A DNA stretch of 64,000 nucleotides from Oopsacas minuta (lineage: Eukaryota > Animalia > Porifera): NCBI GenBank assembly GCA_024704765.1, contig JAKMXF010000016.1, positions 1 through 64,000 on the forward strand. The letters run 5' to 3'. The position numbers and the translations under genes are program-made. This document shows positions 1-14,800 of this stretch, piece after piece. The notes under the pieces are model-generated. The model had not been told where the DNA came from. It worked only from the letters and a program-made list of their open reading frames with translations, and searched no databases. Each line of letters begins with the position of its first letter. Position 1 is the stretch's first letter.

Positions 1-35
1 AGAGGAGAGATCAGCTGCTTGTTCAGCTGTTCAAT

Positions 36-1056
36 ATGAAACAAGACTATCTAAGAAAGGAGAACATAAGAAAGAAACAAGTAGCAGACCTGGAGAAGAT
101 GATCAGACAATTCAATGAGACTTCTATTCAACAGAATGAAATAGTAAAGTTTCAAGAAGAACATATGTTGCAAACAAGAGCTGAAATACAGAAATACGAA
201 AAAGAAACACCTGTCCCATTTCCTTCCTTCAATACTGAGGGTCTAGCCTCTCTCCTAGAACAGCTGGAGAAGTTGGGGTCTATTCAGGATATAGCTGTAC
301 TCTACAGAAACAAGACAGAACCAATCAGAAGGATAGGAAAATATGGTAGTGTGAAAGGAGAGTTGAAATACCCTAATGGACTAGCTCTAGATGGGCATAA
401 TATCTATATAGCAAATACAGGCAATAAAAGAATACAGATCTTCTCTACAGAGGGTAAGTTCATTCATGAATTTGGTAAAGGGCAGCTAAATTTTCCACAC
501 GGTATAGCATTAAATAACGAATGGGTGTTTATAAGTGATTCGAGACTTAATGCTGTAATTAAATTCTCTAAAACAATTACAAATTGATTAAGAGTGTTAA
601 GGGCGGTTTTTTTACTCCTCTGGGCCTAACAACTGATGCAAATGGAGAAGTGTTAGTTGCAGATTGTAATTATAATATAATTGCAGTATTCAGCTCTGAT
701 TTAGAACATATTAGAGAAATAGGAAAAGACAAACTCAGATCACCGCGTGACGTCAAAATAAATAATAATAAGATATTCGTCGCAGACAATAATGAGATTA
801 ATAATATTCACATATTCTCTAAATCAGGTGATTTATTAGAAGAAATGTAGGAGGAAAAGCACCCAATTTTATGTGTTTTGATTTGTCTAATAATATTATT
901 ATTAGTGATTATTTGAGAAATTCAATAAATATATTTACTAAAGATGGACAGCTGATACACAAAATTATATGTAATACACCTACAGGAATAGTTGTTAATA
1001 ATAACTTTGATATTATTTGTGTTAGTAGTTATGATAATATAGTAAATATATATTAA
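36..1056 (+). pseudogene. Coiled-coil + NHL-repeat beta-propeller protein (TRIM2/3/71-like C-terminal type), disrupted
   Basis: ORFs 36-587, 584-850 and 871-1056 carry NHL motifs (GELKYPNGLALDG, QLNFPHGIALN, FFTPLGLTTD, LRSPRDVKI). They are joined by a frameshift near 575-587 and a TAG at 848-850. The 5' end may lie upstream of the window. Confidence 0.8.
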
Positions 1057-1399
1057 TTCAATTGTTGTGTTTACATATTTGTTTGTAATTAAATTATCAT
1101 ATTTCACTTTTGTTATAATAATATTTACGGTACTACTAATCCAGGCTTAAATGATAATTCCCAAAATTACAAATTTGACTGACTGGTGAAAAGAGTTAAA
1201 TAACTCTTGTGTATTATGGTTGTTAGCTAACTGATGATGACATAACATCAAGAGAATTGCAAAGGTAATCTGTTCTTAACCTTCGAGGCTATTGACCCTT
1301 TGGTTGCCCTCGGGTAACAACAAGATGTATACAGGATCCCAAATTTGGGTTAGGAATAACTGCATGGCTTCGACATGGCTTTCGCGACCCGAAGGTTAT

Positions 1400-1845
1400 G
1401 ACTGTCTTCTTCTTTATTCTAATGGTAGCATTACATAATGAATGGGTGTACTTAAAGACACGCTACGACACCAAACCATGACTACACCTGTTGATGTAAA
1501 ATTCACAAACAGTGAAATGTTTGTGTTGAGTTTTGGAAACAATCTAAGTATACATGTATTTACTCTCTCAGAAGAGAACTCCCGCTCCTTAGTAACCAGA
1601 GGAATAATAAGTATACAAGATGATGTAGCATTCTTCTTCTGTTTGGAAAGACACAATAACATTGTCATTAGTGACTACTCTACTCACCGAATCAAAGTAT
1701 TCTCACCAGAAGGAGATGCACACACGATAGGATAGAGAGGACAGAAACCTGGAATGTTTGACCCCCTCTCGGTATTACAATACACAACACAAAACTAATT
1801 TGTATTCTTGTAACAAGATTTCGGTTTACAGATATTTTCTGATGA
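1400..1845 (+). pseudogene. NHL-repeat C-terminal fragment
   Basis: MTTPVDVKFT...FFFCLE..NNIVISDYSTHRIKVFSPEG matches the last blades of the other NHL proteins in the window; no N-terminal part, and a frameshift near 1735. Confidence 0.65.
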
Positions 1846-2893
1846 ATTGTTAATTAACACCTTTTGTTATGAATAATATTATTGTGTGGTTATACAAACA
1901 ATAACAACTCCTATAGTTTATGAGTTAATTGAATAACTGTTAAGAGCTACAAAAGGTGCATAATGAGTTTGTTATATCCAGTAACATGTAAGTGGTTTCC
2001 TTACTACAGTACAACCTCTATATGTGAGGTATCTATAAATGTGGAACCTCTATAAGCATGAAATGGTGAATGTGGCATACTTTAGAGGGCATTATGCCTC
2101 ATCCCATTGGAATATATTCCATGAATTCTATTAAATATTTTGTTGAATAATCAATTTCTGTGATAAATTTGGAAATTAATATTACTTATTTATCGCTATG
2201 ATGGATTGACTTTATGAGTTTCTCTAATTAATTGGTGACTAATGTTCTATCCCGTGTATAACATCAGAAATTGCCCTCAATATCCGAATATTCATGTTAA
2301 CATAGACGAGGTGTTTATGGAAGGAATTGACAGTGAGACTCAAATATAACACGACAAGACTTAAATTATAATTTATCAATATATTGCTCGGTTTAGGAAG
2401 TATTATTGTATTGTATTGTCTAAATTTATCCATTCTTGTTGCTGTTTACAATTCGACATACCGGTTATGATATGTAACAAAGTATTAATTATCTCTTAAA
2501 CATTGATAATACAAATATTCACATATATACTAAAACTTGTATCTAATGATCACACAAAGGTATTGCATTGCATTGTATTGACCCAGAGTGATCGCTAACA
2601 CTAATTGACTATACATTAGAAACAGGATAATTAACATTTTTTTACACAAAATTGTATAAACAGTGCATTTCCCTGAATAAATCAACTGTAGAATAAACTT
2701 GTGAGAGGAGTATTAACTTGAATTCAAAACATATCAAAAGAATAATAATAACAACAAAACCAACAAGAATACCCAACTAATGAAATTCATTAGAAAAAAG
2801 AAAGATAAACAAAACGAATATACAAAAGGTAGAAAGTTCAAATGACTTTAAAGAAGTAGAGTAAAAGTATTAGACTCTATTAGGAATAATTGT

Positions 2894-5800
2894 CTAATTA
2901 TCAGGAATTTTCTCCAATGAATAAGTCTCGTTTTCATCAACCTTTGAAGGATTCGCATTTCTTGCCTTCTTTGAAAGATATCTCTTCACACAGAATGCTG
3001 AAAGACAAGCAGTAATGAATAACCCAATAATTATGAGTAACAGAAGGACGATAATTGCAATAAGGAACTTTTCCTGGGTAAGAAAGGCCAGAGAATCGCT
3101 CTGAAAAGCTGCTGGTGTGGATAATACTACAGGCATGAGGGAATGGTACACAGTCTCAGAATATGTCACTGTAGAATATGCAAACTGAAGATCGACACGG
3201 ATAGTATAGTTGAAGTTAAGAGTTAAGCCAGTTATGCTGAAGTACAGACTCTCAGTGGTACCAGCTAAGTAATAGACATCGTCATATCCGTAATATATTG
3301 AGAATTTCTCATCAGAGAGGGGAGTCTGTTCTGCTAACAAACCCCAGGTAACCAGGATGGAGGTGTCACTAGATGTCACAGCTGTCAGATTAGTTACAGC
3401 TTGTGAATAGGTTGCTAGAGAGAACAGAAAACAATTCAAGATTTTGTAATTTGTTATATATTAACTGAGGAAGTGATTACATTAACATTACTCACGAGAA
3501 AGAGAGAGTTGGATTTGAATAGCTAGCTTCTGTTTATTGTACCAATCTGTCACATAGAACTTGTATACTCCTACATCTGACTCATCAAAGGATAAGAAAC
3601 TAATTGAATTGTCAGGGATATGAGTGTCATCAGGTCTCTGCCACTTCCCAACAAGATTGGCTGTCATTACTACGTTCTGTGTCTCAACGATAATATAAGC
3701 TGTGTTTCCGTTAGAAGTGAGTGACTCGAATGTTTGTACTGTTCCCGTATCCACGCTTATGACAGGTGGTCCTGTGAAGTGATAGGAAATGGAATATCAT
3801 TATTAGGAATTAATTAAAATGAAAGTGACTAAATTCATATGTTTAATTCCACAGAACAAACCTTGCATAGAGATTTCAACACTCAGAATATTATCAGTAC
3901 AGGTTTGATCTAGACATTCCATTAGATAGGTGTCTGTGTATTTGAACAGATTTCCTACTTCTAATACATCTAGAGGATTCTTGAAAATAGGAAATGACTC
4001 ACTCTTCATCCAAACCATGTCAGCTGATGAGATGGAGTTGTCAGGTGTGTGACAGAATAGAAATATATCATTATCTACTCCGAGGGTGTATAGGTAGGAT
4101 TCAGATGTCTCAATGACTAAAATGAAAATATTTAAATAGAAATATACAAAACAATGAATTGACTGATGTGTAACCTTGTAAGAGAGTTGTATCCAGAACA
4201 GCTACAGTGTATGTGTTGCTGATACCATCTGGTTGTTGTGTCACTTCACAGCTGTAGTAACCTGGATTGTCTATGTCCACTGACAATACATTAGCTCCTG
4301 TTGTGGCATCAATTGTACCAGTTTTAGCAGTAGTACTACTACCAGCTAGATCTCTGTAGCTCCAGGTAACTGCTCCATTCAAACAGTAGAGAGCTGTGTT
4401 TGCAGTCAAGATAGAATTTGTTGATAATAGTCCATATGTTGTCGAATCAATCTTCTCTCCAAATTGATTCACTAAATATTATAGAGAAGGTTAGAACACG
4501 TATATGTTTTGTCAATGTATTTCAATTACAAGGTTAGAAACAATACCTGTAAGATCGATCTGAATAGCTAGTGTTTCCACATTATCCAAATCTTTGACAT
4601 AGAACTCGTACAAGCCCTGATCAGATAGTAGAAAAGTAGGGAATGTGATTGAACTAGCTGTAACCCAAGAGTAATCTGGTAGTCGCCATCTCCCGACTAG
4701 ATTTACAGATAGGACGACATTCTGTGAGAGTAGGTCAAGATAAGCTGAATTGGTGTCACCAGGGAGCAGAGGGTAGGATACCACAGATCCTGCGTTCAGT
4801 GTTATGACAGGTGGGCCTGTTCATGAATAGGATGATTACAATACTGATACACTAATGATATAACTCTAATGCACAAACCTTGAATGAGGATGTGTACATT
4901 GAATATTGGAGTATCATCCAATGCATCTAAACATTCCATTGTGTGAATGTGTCCGTCGTCAGGAATGTCTGCAATGTTTAGAGGGTTCTGCTTTCTCTCA
5001 TCTGTATCCATCTCTCTCCAACCGATCTCTCCAAAGGGAACAGAGTTGTCAGGTTTGTGACAGAATAGGAAAGCAATCATTCTGTCTGTCCTGACAGTGT
5101 ATGTTAATGATTCTGCAGCCTCAACAACTGAAGAATAGAAAAGTAGATAATTATTACATTCTCGCTGAATGGTTGATTGGATAATTGAATGTTACAACAA
5201 GTATTGAGCAGGACATGCACCCAATTATCATAGTTACCTGTATAAATAGAAGGATCGAGAAGTACAAATGTATATGTGGTGATTCTACGATACTGTATTA
5301 CATCACAGCTGTGATATCGTGATACAGCTATTGAGAATGATCTGAGTGGTGCTCTGACAGCACTTGTTTCTTCATCACCATCAAAATCCTGATATCTCCA
5401 GATTGGTGGTTTCTGTGATGTGCAGTAGACTTCCGAATCAGTAGTTATAATGGAATAATCTTCTAATATAATAGATGAAGGAGTAAGTGCTCCAAACTCG
5501 TGTACTAAAAGAGAAAGTAGACACATAATAAATACTGTAGTGAATATTTGGATTATTCGATTAATAGCAATTCCATTTTGACTATATTTTGTTACTATCC
5601 AAGAACGAAGTGTCACACCAGTTGCATTTCTAGTCACCAGTGGGCGGGGCCGGATTTACCCTGGAGTGGCCCGAAGGCTGGACCATACAAGTGGGCCGAA
5701 ACATGGTCGACATTGGTCGGTGCCCCCCAAATTTCAATTATTTTACAAACTAGAAAGTGCCATATTTTTACAGTCAGGGATTTCTGTCAATATTGGGTGG

Positions 5801-8800
5801 GAATAAATGACTGACCTGAAGTGGCATGATGGTTAATATAACTTATTTCAAAAGTAAACAATGTATAAAATGAACTGAATTGAATTTTGGAATCACACCA
5901 AAGAAGAATGTATACTTTTCTAGAACTGATTAGAACCACTAAATCAAGCAAATAGAGATTTTGATAGGGAGTTCAACTTCTTAAGTTCGAATTGCAATTA
6001 TATTTCTAATTTATAAATTTTAGTCTCTAAGAACGACCCTTTTTATAAGTGGCCCGAAGGCTATAGCCTACTTAGCCTAATGGTAAATATGGCACTGGCA
6101 GTGGGTCTGAGGACTTCACTTCACATTTTCACATAACATGCATTAACATATGAAGAAACATACAATCACTGAAGTGCTACCTCGAATGTAAATCTGAAAA
6201 GCGATTACTTCATTTTCCTTCCAGTCGATCACACGGAACTCGTGTAATCCCTGATCTAAGAAATCGAACTCATTTACAGTTATGGGTGAGTTCTCTGGTA
6301 GAAAGGTGCTATCTACTGTCCTCCATCTCCCAACAATATTAGCTGTCAATGCTACTTTAGAGTTTAATTTCACATAAGCACTGTTTTGATCAGGAAAGAG
6401 TGATGTGAGATATTCGACAGTTCCATCATCGAATGTTATCACTGGTGGACCTGAAAAATACACGATAAATATTTCCAAATCGTATCTGCTCTAATACGTA
6501 ACCTCAGACACAAGATATAATGCAATACCAAATCTTTCGGAAATGTAGTTACAAACCTTGTAGCATTATATCAACTACAAGTATAGTCTGATTGTTAGAA
6601 CTATCTATACACTCTGCAAAGTATTCATTTCTGTATGCAGCTAGTCCGCCTATGTGCATGGGGTTTCGTGAGACATCAGTTGTACCCCGCTCCCTCCAAA
6701 ATACGTCTCTAAATTCAGCTGTCTTGTCAGACTTATGACAGAACAGGGATGTTTCCTCACTGTCTACTCCCTCTGTATATTTGTAGGTAGACGAAAATTC
6801 AGCAACTGTGAGTGAAATAAAATTCGTATATCAAAATTCGAGTTATGGCTTAAACTTGAATATTTTGTATAATCTATTACAAACAACATACCTGTATACA
6901 CAGACGGGTCCAGAAGAGCGATGATATGTGTAGTAATTGTACCGCTGTCTTGAGCAACTACACAGCTGTAGTAGCCTGACTCCTCTGTGCTTATTGACAA
7001 ATAGCTTATCCCAGTGATTGGGTCTGTTTCAGAAGGTCTAGATGTACAATAGTTGTCAAGATCTGTATAACTCCATGATACCTGTGGATTATATACACTA
7101 GTCTCTGTAATGCAATACAGAGTTTTGCTAGAAATCAAGATAGAGTTATCCTCTATGGAGTAGTGTGTATTTGAAGCATCGATTTCTCCAAATGGATACA
7201 CTATAAGAGATTTGAATAGATTAATATCGATGAATTGAAGCGATATATTAATTGCTTACCTTTGAGTAAGATCTGAATTGCTAGTTTATGTTCATTCTCC
7301 CAAGAGATTACAAAGAATTTGTACAATCCCTGATTGGATGTCTCAAAAGTAGGGAAATTAATGATTGTACCTTCAATGAAGCTACCATCTGGTAGTTGCC
7401 ATCTCCCCACCATTAGATTAACAGATAATATTGCTTGCTCATTGACTTGCAAATATGCTGTGTTAATGTCAGGTATAAGAGCTTCATAATTTATAGGGGA
7501 TCCTGTAACTAGTGTTATGACAGGTGGACCTGTTGAATAGAAGTGATATATCAATAAATCATGTTAGATTGCTAGCTTGGATTGTAAGTATATAAACAAC
7601 ACTAGAGACTATGATATACTTAACAAACTCTCTGAACCAAACTTATACTGTTATATTATGACATACCTTGCTTATAGACTGTAGCTCTGTAGGTTATAGA
7701 AGATTGATAATCACATGTAATCTCAACATTCATATCATTAAAAGAAATACTTCCAATATTTATTGGATTCGAGTCATAAGTATTAGATGGACCAAGTAAG
7801 ATTACGAAACCAAGTACATTAAGGCCGTCCTGTGAACAAAATAGGAAAGTATTGTCGCTATCAACTCCAGTTGTGTATGTGAAGTCTGTTGACTCACCAA
7901 TAACTATACAAATAAAGTAGAATCAGGGTTTTAGTCAATTTCTTTACACAAGGAATAAAGGTTAAATGTCCGAATGTATTATTACAGTCAAAAGCCTATT
8001 AGTTTACAATGTAAGAGTATTTTGAGGATAAATAATCCGTTAATTAAATACACTGGTGACAAAATAACCAGCATAAAAAGCGACGTAATGGTAAAACTGT
8101 AAAAGTCAATCCATTCTGAAGTGAATGCACAAAAATACATTGAATATATGTGATGCTATCCGAAATACATTTACAAATACCTGTATATCTTGATGGATCA
8201 AAAACTCCTATCTTGTATAAATATACCCCTGTACCACCAACAAAATTATCTACACAATAATATATTCCAGAATCCTCAATGCTAACTTCTAATAAACTGA
8301 TACCAGTTACTGGGTCTACGTCAGCTGCTGTGCGTATATCAGTACTAGCAGTTGTTTCTCTGTAGTACCATTTTAGCGTTGAAGTCAAAGGTGCTTTGCA
8401 GTATAGAATCGTGCTAGTTGTCAAAATCGTGTCTGTTACCAAATTTGTGTAAGTATCTTGTATCTTTTGCCCAAATGGATAGACTAAAATATGAATTTGA
8501 TTAATGGTCTGAAACTCTAATGCAGCGGTTCCCAACCTGGGGTGTATGGACCCCTTTGTGGTCCACAGAAAAGAGTAGGGATCCACAGGATCTATTGCAG
8601 TCTATGGGAAGGGGTCCACTGGTGAAAAAGGTTGGGAATCGCTGCTTTAATGTAATTATGTATGATATAATAATATCATCTTCGTAATGTATATGGCCTA
8701 CCTCGAAGCATTATATCAAAAACCAAATTTGATTGTTTATCCCAGGTTGTTACATAGAATTCATAAATTCCCTCATTATAAACCTCAAAAGATGGAATTG

Positions 8801-11800
8801 TTATAGAACTCTCTGTCACATAACTATCATCTGGTAGTTTCCATGTCCCAAATAGATCCACACTTATGGTAACGTTCGGAGTTTTATAATTTATTTGAGA
8901 AGAGATAGAGGGATCAAAGTATGTAGTAACAGAACCTGAGTCAAGTGTGAGGGCACGAGGACCTATGAAAAGATGTGCAATTATTAAATAATATTCTCTT
9001 AAAGTTATTGAAAAATATTTCATAACATTTCCACTTTACATACGTTGAGCGTCATGTTCCGTCATAGTTAAGGAGGAAGCGAAAATATATGTATATATGC
9101 ATGCATGTAGTAATAATATATGTAGGATCGATCAAAACAATAATAAACCATCCTGCTATTTCTCTTAACCGTAGTATATATGCACGTGATAGCCACGGTT
9201 GTCAAAGGTTAATTCATACATCATATGGCTAATTAGTACGCGCCTACTGCGTATTAATTATTATCAACTTCCCATGGTGCAGTATAGTAACATCAAGGGC
9301 AGCTGAAGGTGCTAAATAGCGGTCACACCATTGGCTTGAGGCCATAGCCTGACCGTTTGCGAGCCGCTCCTGAATATGTTCATAATTGTGTCAATATATT
9401 TAACGTTGTTCTGGATTCAACTTGTAAATAGAGTAGTATATTTTGAATCACAGCAATATGACGAAAACATGATGAGCTATTTGCCGTCATTATTGAACTG
9501 ATAATTATTGCATATAATAATAATTATTATTATTGCAACAAACTTTGCAGTATTAGGTCGATAATCAATATCTCCTCATTGTTACGTGAGTCTAGACATT
9601 GCATTTTGTGCTTCTTTCCATCTATTTCCAGATTGTTGATATATAATGGATTCTCCATTTCATAGTTTGTATCCAATTCTCTCCAAATAGTGTATTCAAA
9701 TGGAACTGAGTTGTCAGCTTTGTGACATAATAAGGAATTATCTTCTGAATCTATGTTCTGGGTGTATGTGTAAGAATCTGAAGCTTCAACAACTAGAAAA
9801 CCAAAAATGTTTCAAGTATATCTTTGGGCCCAATATAGATATAACAGTTCTTTCAGAATATCAACAAACCTGTAGTCTCTTCTGTATCCACAGACCAAAT
9901 CGTATGTCTCATAATGGAACCGTCAGCCTGAACAGATTCACAGGTGACGTACAATACAGGGTTTCCAACATTTGTGGCGAATATGCTAACACCTACATCA
10001 TCTATTCCAGCGTCATAAGTTACATCCTCACGAATACCATCACGTGTTAAGAACCACCTCACTGGTATTTGTGGATATCCGCTCATACAGTAGAATTCAG
10101 TATAATCTGTAACTAATGAATTGTCTTCCAATGGTTCATATATAAATGGGCTGAGTTTCATTCCAAATTGATAAACTAAAGAAAATTGAATTTGGTAATA
10201 ACGGAATTTACCTATCTTATGCTTCACAAACTTTTAACCAAGATCTGTATTGCTAGTGTTTGTTCCATTTCCAAATTCGTAACATAGTATCTGTATAATC
10301 CAGCATCAGATAACCCAAAATTCTCAAATGTAATATCCCTCTCTGTTACATAACTGCCGTCAGGCTTCTGCCATTTCCCGACTATATTCATGCTAAGTAC
10401 CAAATCTGGTGACTGTAAATTCACATAAACTTCGTTCACAGCTCCAGGGAGCAGATCGTATGTCGCAATAACTCCTGTATCCAGAGTTATGACAGGTAGA
10501 CCTATTTGGAAATATTTATGTTATTATAATCACACTTTATTTTGTCTTTGTAGTATATTATTTGTATTTGTATATTGTTTGTATTTATGAATGCATGCAC
10601 ATGTCCAATTGTCCGCCATTACTTCTTTGTTACACAAACCTTGGATGAGGATATCAACATAATGTATCACAGTTCCTGAGGATGTATCAAAACATTCCAT
10701 CTGGTAAATGTTTTGATTTACAGAAAAGCTGTTAATGTCTAAGGGATTTTCCATGACAGATGTGACACCAGATTTTCTCCATTTATAGTCCTTAAATGGT
10801 ACAGAGTTGTCCAATTTGTGGCAGAATAGGAATGCTTCTTCTCTGTCTATGTCAATAGTGTAAGTGTAGGAGTTTGAGGCTTCAACAACTAACAATTAGA
10901 TACAGTTAGAATTGGTTCCACTATTCAAACTTAGCTGAAATATACGTAACCATATTTCTCTGAAAAAGCGCCAGGGGCAAGACTTGTGAATACAAACCCC
11001 AGCATATTCAGTGAAATTCTGTATTTATACTTGAAATATTCCAGAAAGTTAATGATTTGTCAGTAACATACATTAATTAAGTTTGCATACCTGTATGAAT
11101 GGATGGATCCAGAAGTGCTACAGTATATACTTTTTTGACATGATCATCTTGAAATACTTCACAGGAATAATAGCCAGGGGAATCAATGTTAATTTCCACT
11201 GTATCAGTCCCTAATGAGGGCGTGGTAGCAGGAGGTGGACTCTCTGGAGCTAGGCTACTTATCGCCTGAAACCCTCTGACGATTGTTGTAGTGTCCTCTG
11301 TTATACACTGAAGCATTGTGGTAGCAGTGAGAATGGAATTATCCTCTACTGCTGTATATCTATTTGCATTAACAAGTTTTCCGAATTGACTCACTAAATA
11401 CATTTACATGAATATCCACTATCTTATCTAATTCTGAATATTAATTCATAAAATGATAATAGTTATTACCTTGAGTACTGCAGTGATGACAACTCAATGT
11501 ATTAGTACAATCTAAGTCTGCCCATGTGCCATCTTCTGTATACACACAGTCACCTGAAAATGACAAAGACTCCTGCCAGTTTAAATAGGTTATGGGACTG
11601 CCATCAATCCAGCTATATACATCATCATCATTGCCAATTTGATCCAATCCAATCCAACATTTTGTAGGGGTTGTAGTGAAACTATCAATAAATATCTGTT
11701 CTGCATTTGAAGATATAGAAGCTAGATTGAATCCTTTTCCTTCACAATTTGATTGAGCTTCTGTCCTATCAATTGAAGAAGAACCAATATTCTTTTCAAA

Positions 11801-14800
11801 GCATTTTCCATTTTCTGTAATTATATCACATCCTTCTTTCAGCACTATTGGAACAAACTACAGATAACTGCTTGTATACGAATATGCGCCTAATTCGGAT
11901 CTTTTATCGATCTCATTCCTATTTTATGCACCTAATTCAGATTATTCATCATTTTAATCATATATATTGTATAATTGTTATCACCGATTCTCCAGGAAAT
12001 AGGAAAACGAAGATTTATGAAATTTCAATGAAACTAATTGAAAAGCAGACAATAAGACTAATAATATTTAGAGGCTTAATTCGTAGCCTTTTAAACAGTA
12101 ATAATCTTTCTATCACATTATTAACATTTTGGTGTTGGTGTAATCCTAATTGGTATTTAATCTTCTCTAATACACATTGTACGAATGTAATTCACTAATT
12201 AGTTTGAATCGTACTTAATGGTCTCTGTAACATTGTATTTTAACCAATTGTACTCTTCTATTACATAATTCGTAAGCTTAAGTACCTTGATATGTCCTGG
12301 GAAATAGTACTGCAGTATATATCTGCTCACTTCCATCATTCAGTGTTACTATACAACTGTAAGAGCCTGGATTGGTTATACTGGCCCTCAATACACTAAC
12401 TCCTCTGCTGGAACCTGTATCAGAATCTAGGTATGTGCTGATGCAATCTAGATCTGTGTATTTCCAAACAGTCTGTTGTGTGTGTATAGTATTCGTTACA
12501 CAGTAGAGAGTTGTACTGACTGTAAATACGGTATTCTCTGCCAAAGGTTGGAACAGATATGATCCAATCTCTTGTCCAAATGGATCAACTAAAGAGTAAT
12601 TATTCAGAATTTATGTCAGTTGTTCATATTCAAATCATTAATCTCTACAAAAAATAGTGGAACTCTCTATAACAGCAGCCTTTAGCTCTATACTGTTTGT
12701 TATTACCATGTTCTATTGGATTTCTAATTTCCTTACAACACAATTACATACAAATATTTACATTTTGATAATTATTACAATATGTACCTGAATATATCGC
12801 CGGTTCCAATAAAGCTACTGTGTAGATTCTTTCTATACCACAATCTTGAGTGACATCACACATGTAGAAGCCAGGGTTTGTTAAGTCTAGTGTTACAGTA
12901 CTAACTCCTTGACTATTGGTTGGGCTTGGGCCTCCAGAAGAAATGGCACCTTCGAGGTTAACATATCTCCAGGTGATGGATGGCGTGTCCGATAATATCT
13001 CTGTTCCACAGTATAGTTGGGCACTTTCAGTGAATATAGAATCGTCTGGCAGTGCTTCAATTTGACCACTAGTATACATTACACCGAATGGAGACACTAG
13101 AAATAAAGTACGAGTAATGCAATATTTGTAACAAATATTCATAATTTCAATTAATCAGTTTGTACATAATGTAATTGGAAATGAATCAATCTATATATTA
13201 TTAAATAACTATTGTTGTTTGTTTGTCAGTTGTCAAGGGAAGGATTTACTGTAGGGGTGCTTGACTCTTATATCTACGGCCCACTTAAAAACTTAGGCAT
13301 TGCCTTACGGGCCACAAATCATAGATCGTCTCTGGCTTTAGTTTCATCAATTTTGAAGCTATCCTATTTGACCTCAAATTGCATTACCAATGTATTCTAC
13401 TTGTAAATTCAGGTTATTGACTTAGATTGTAATCTTTTAAAGGGATTCTAATCATTTGATGTCTCTTTTGTAATCAGCTTGTATTCTAGCAGTATACTAT
13501 GTACTTTTCATAGTAGAATAACTTTGCAGAAAAATCTCGCCAATTCATTTTATGTTCTGCCTCCTATGCTATACTTATACTTGTGAAGCTCTAATAATTG
13601 ATAGAATTCTAAATGCAAACTAGAGTTACCAAATACTTTATTCGTACTAGGAACATTAATGCATTTGTAGAGTATCTATAAGGGGAAATTTCGCTAGTCA
13701 GAATATCCTTAGTTGTCACAAGTCAGAATCCACTTTTCTGACTTGTCGGGTGACAAAACAAGGCCCGGCAAAACTTTATATTGTTTTAATTATATACCCG
13801 TACCATTTGAAGGGGATTAGGAATTGGTTCACTACCTTATGGATCTGGGATTTTTCATTTGTACTCGTTATTAGGCTACCTAGGTGCGGGATGTGGACTT
13901 CATGGTAATTTTGTGTTTGGATGGACTTTGGTTGGACTAATTATTATTAGAAAAGTTTGCAAAATAGCGGATCGTTGGATTTTTTGTTTTTACACTTGTG
14001 ACAACAGTCGGAAATCGATTTGACTTGTGACAACCTAGAAATTCTGACTATTGAATGCGCCCCATCTATAGTTATTCTATATGGTTATAGAATAAATAAT
14101 TATTATCTGAAGATTGAAGCACGTCAATTTACTGTATATATATATATATGAATAATGAAAACAAGCGAATAGTCTTGCGGGCCACGGCTTGAGCACCCTC
14201 GATTTACGGTATGCAATTTTCAAATTGTCGCATAACTATGTATTTATCGTGTTTATCAAGGAAGTAAATAGAATTCAATAAAACTTCACTGAATATACCC
14301 AACATGCTGAATCCGATTTTGACACTTTTGGATTAATCATGTGTAAATTTATTGTTGTTTTTATGAATATATAGTAAACAAATTTCAAATTTGAGATAGA
14401 ATCATACTTTCAACGACTATGCTGGCATACTCGAGTATGCTGAGTCTGAATATGTAAACAACATCAATATCATTAAATCTCAATTGTTGTTTGTCTGTTT
14501 GTTTGTCTGATGAATACCTCAAAGAGCAATGCGCCGAGTTCATCGCAAAGCGACTAGCCAAAGACTCGTATATATATATATATAATGATTACCTGGTGAG
14601 CTACAGAAATGACACTCTTTTAGGTCACCACACGGTACATCAAACCACCTAGAATTCCCAGTTATTTCTGCGCAGTCTTCATTTCCCGATTCCTCTCTTG
14701 GTTGACCATAACCCCAGTTGGTATAGTTAACTGGACTGCCATCTTTCCAGAAAAATACATTTTCAGTGAATTGGTCACTAAACCCGATCCAGCAGTTGTC

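Noticed and set aside
5104-5637. Apparent disruption of an Ig exon by the 5645-6097 MITE
   Set aside because: The true exon is 5504-5238 with good splice sites, so the MITE is intronic.
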